Positions 63,251 to 64,000 of a stretch of 64,000 nucleotides of DNA are shown here, piece by piece; position 1 is the stretch's first letter, and each line of letters opens with the position of its first letter. The DNA is taken from the NCBI RefSeq assembly GCF_009914755.1, contig NC_060933.1, one strand, 5' to 3'. The translations under genes were made by a program, and so were the position numbers. The notes below the pieces were generated by a model. It made no database searches. It worked only from the letters and a program-made list of their open reading frames with translations, and was not told the DNA's origin. The DNA is from the human T2T-CHM13v2.0 reference genome, Homo sapiens.

Positions 63251-64000
63251 AAGTAACTTCATATTGGTAAAGATTTTTCTTAAGCCCGTAAACATGCTTT
63301 CATTTTTTCTTTCCTCACGTTTCTTTTTACAATACAATCAGTTTTTTCCCTGTCCCCTCATCCTACATTTATACACGTACACAGTCTTCAGTACATGTTG
63401 AACATTTGACATAAAGCTTGTAAAGAGATATGAAATGGAATGGACAACAAAGGAAGGCGAGGTAGGGAAGTAAGGATTATCCACCCATCTACCTACTAAC
63501 TTACCTGTCTCCTCTCCTTCTCTGTATCTTACTGGTTTCAGTTTATAATATTTTAAAAGCTATGTGGGATAAGTATGGCTTAGAGGGCTACTGAGGCCTT
63601 ACAGGGATTGGAAATTGGATAGGACCTGGGCAGGTGTTGACTGCAGCATTGGTATTAGGTATGAATTGAATATAAATCCAATCTGCAGCTAAGCACACAC
63701 ATTTTAACATTTGTTGTGTATAGTCAAGATTGGCCCCAAATAAAATTGAGAAGCAAATGAAGCTTATACAGTCTGCATGTGGCATCCTTTTATCATATAG
63801 CTTTTTTTAGCTGATATGGACAAAAGTAAATTGAGCTTCCAAGAATTTAGGAGACTCATGCATTGCTGCATTATTTTAGAAATGGATAAATGATTTCGAC
63901 TTCTGCATCTTAGTGTATGACTGCTTTGTTCTTTCAGTTATCTGAACCCCAAACTTTGGAGTCATCCTTCACTCTTCCCACATTTCATGTCTAATCCATT

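Overview
Primate (human or great-ape) nuclear DNA, largely intergenic and dominated by interspersed repeats: more than 25 Alu/FLAM copies, old L1M/L2/MIR fragments, MaLR/ERVL/ERV1 solo LTRs, and DNA-transposon fossils (Tigger1, a Cheshire-like hAT element, MER58/33/63/5/91). The only convincing protein-coding sequence is in a young L1PA2-like LINE-1 on the minus strand (23429-26598). It has a complete 5'UTR, an intact ORF1 and an ORF2 cut after the endonuclease/linker region, fused directly to a headless Tigger1, with no poly(A) and no second TSD. A CpG-island promoter at about 51.76-52.57 kb appears to drive a plus-strand gene with a non-coding first exon (donor at 52122/52123). I cannot name that gene and see no coding exon of it in the window. 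A repeat-free block at about 3.7-5.5 kb looks like a tissue-specific promoter or enhancer, possibly of a minus-strand transcript. I found no evidence for a wholly new biological system. The best leads are the endonuclease-only L1/Tigger1 deletion junction, a possible L1 antisense-promoter route into the downstream gene, and a 29-bp copy of the core promoter next to a perfect hairpin in intron 1. Repeat subfamily names come from recalled consensus sequences, and boundaries of old repeats are approximate.
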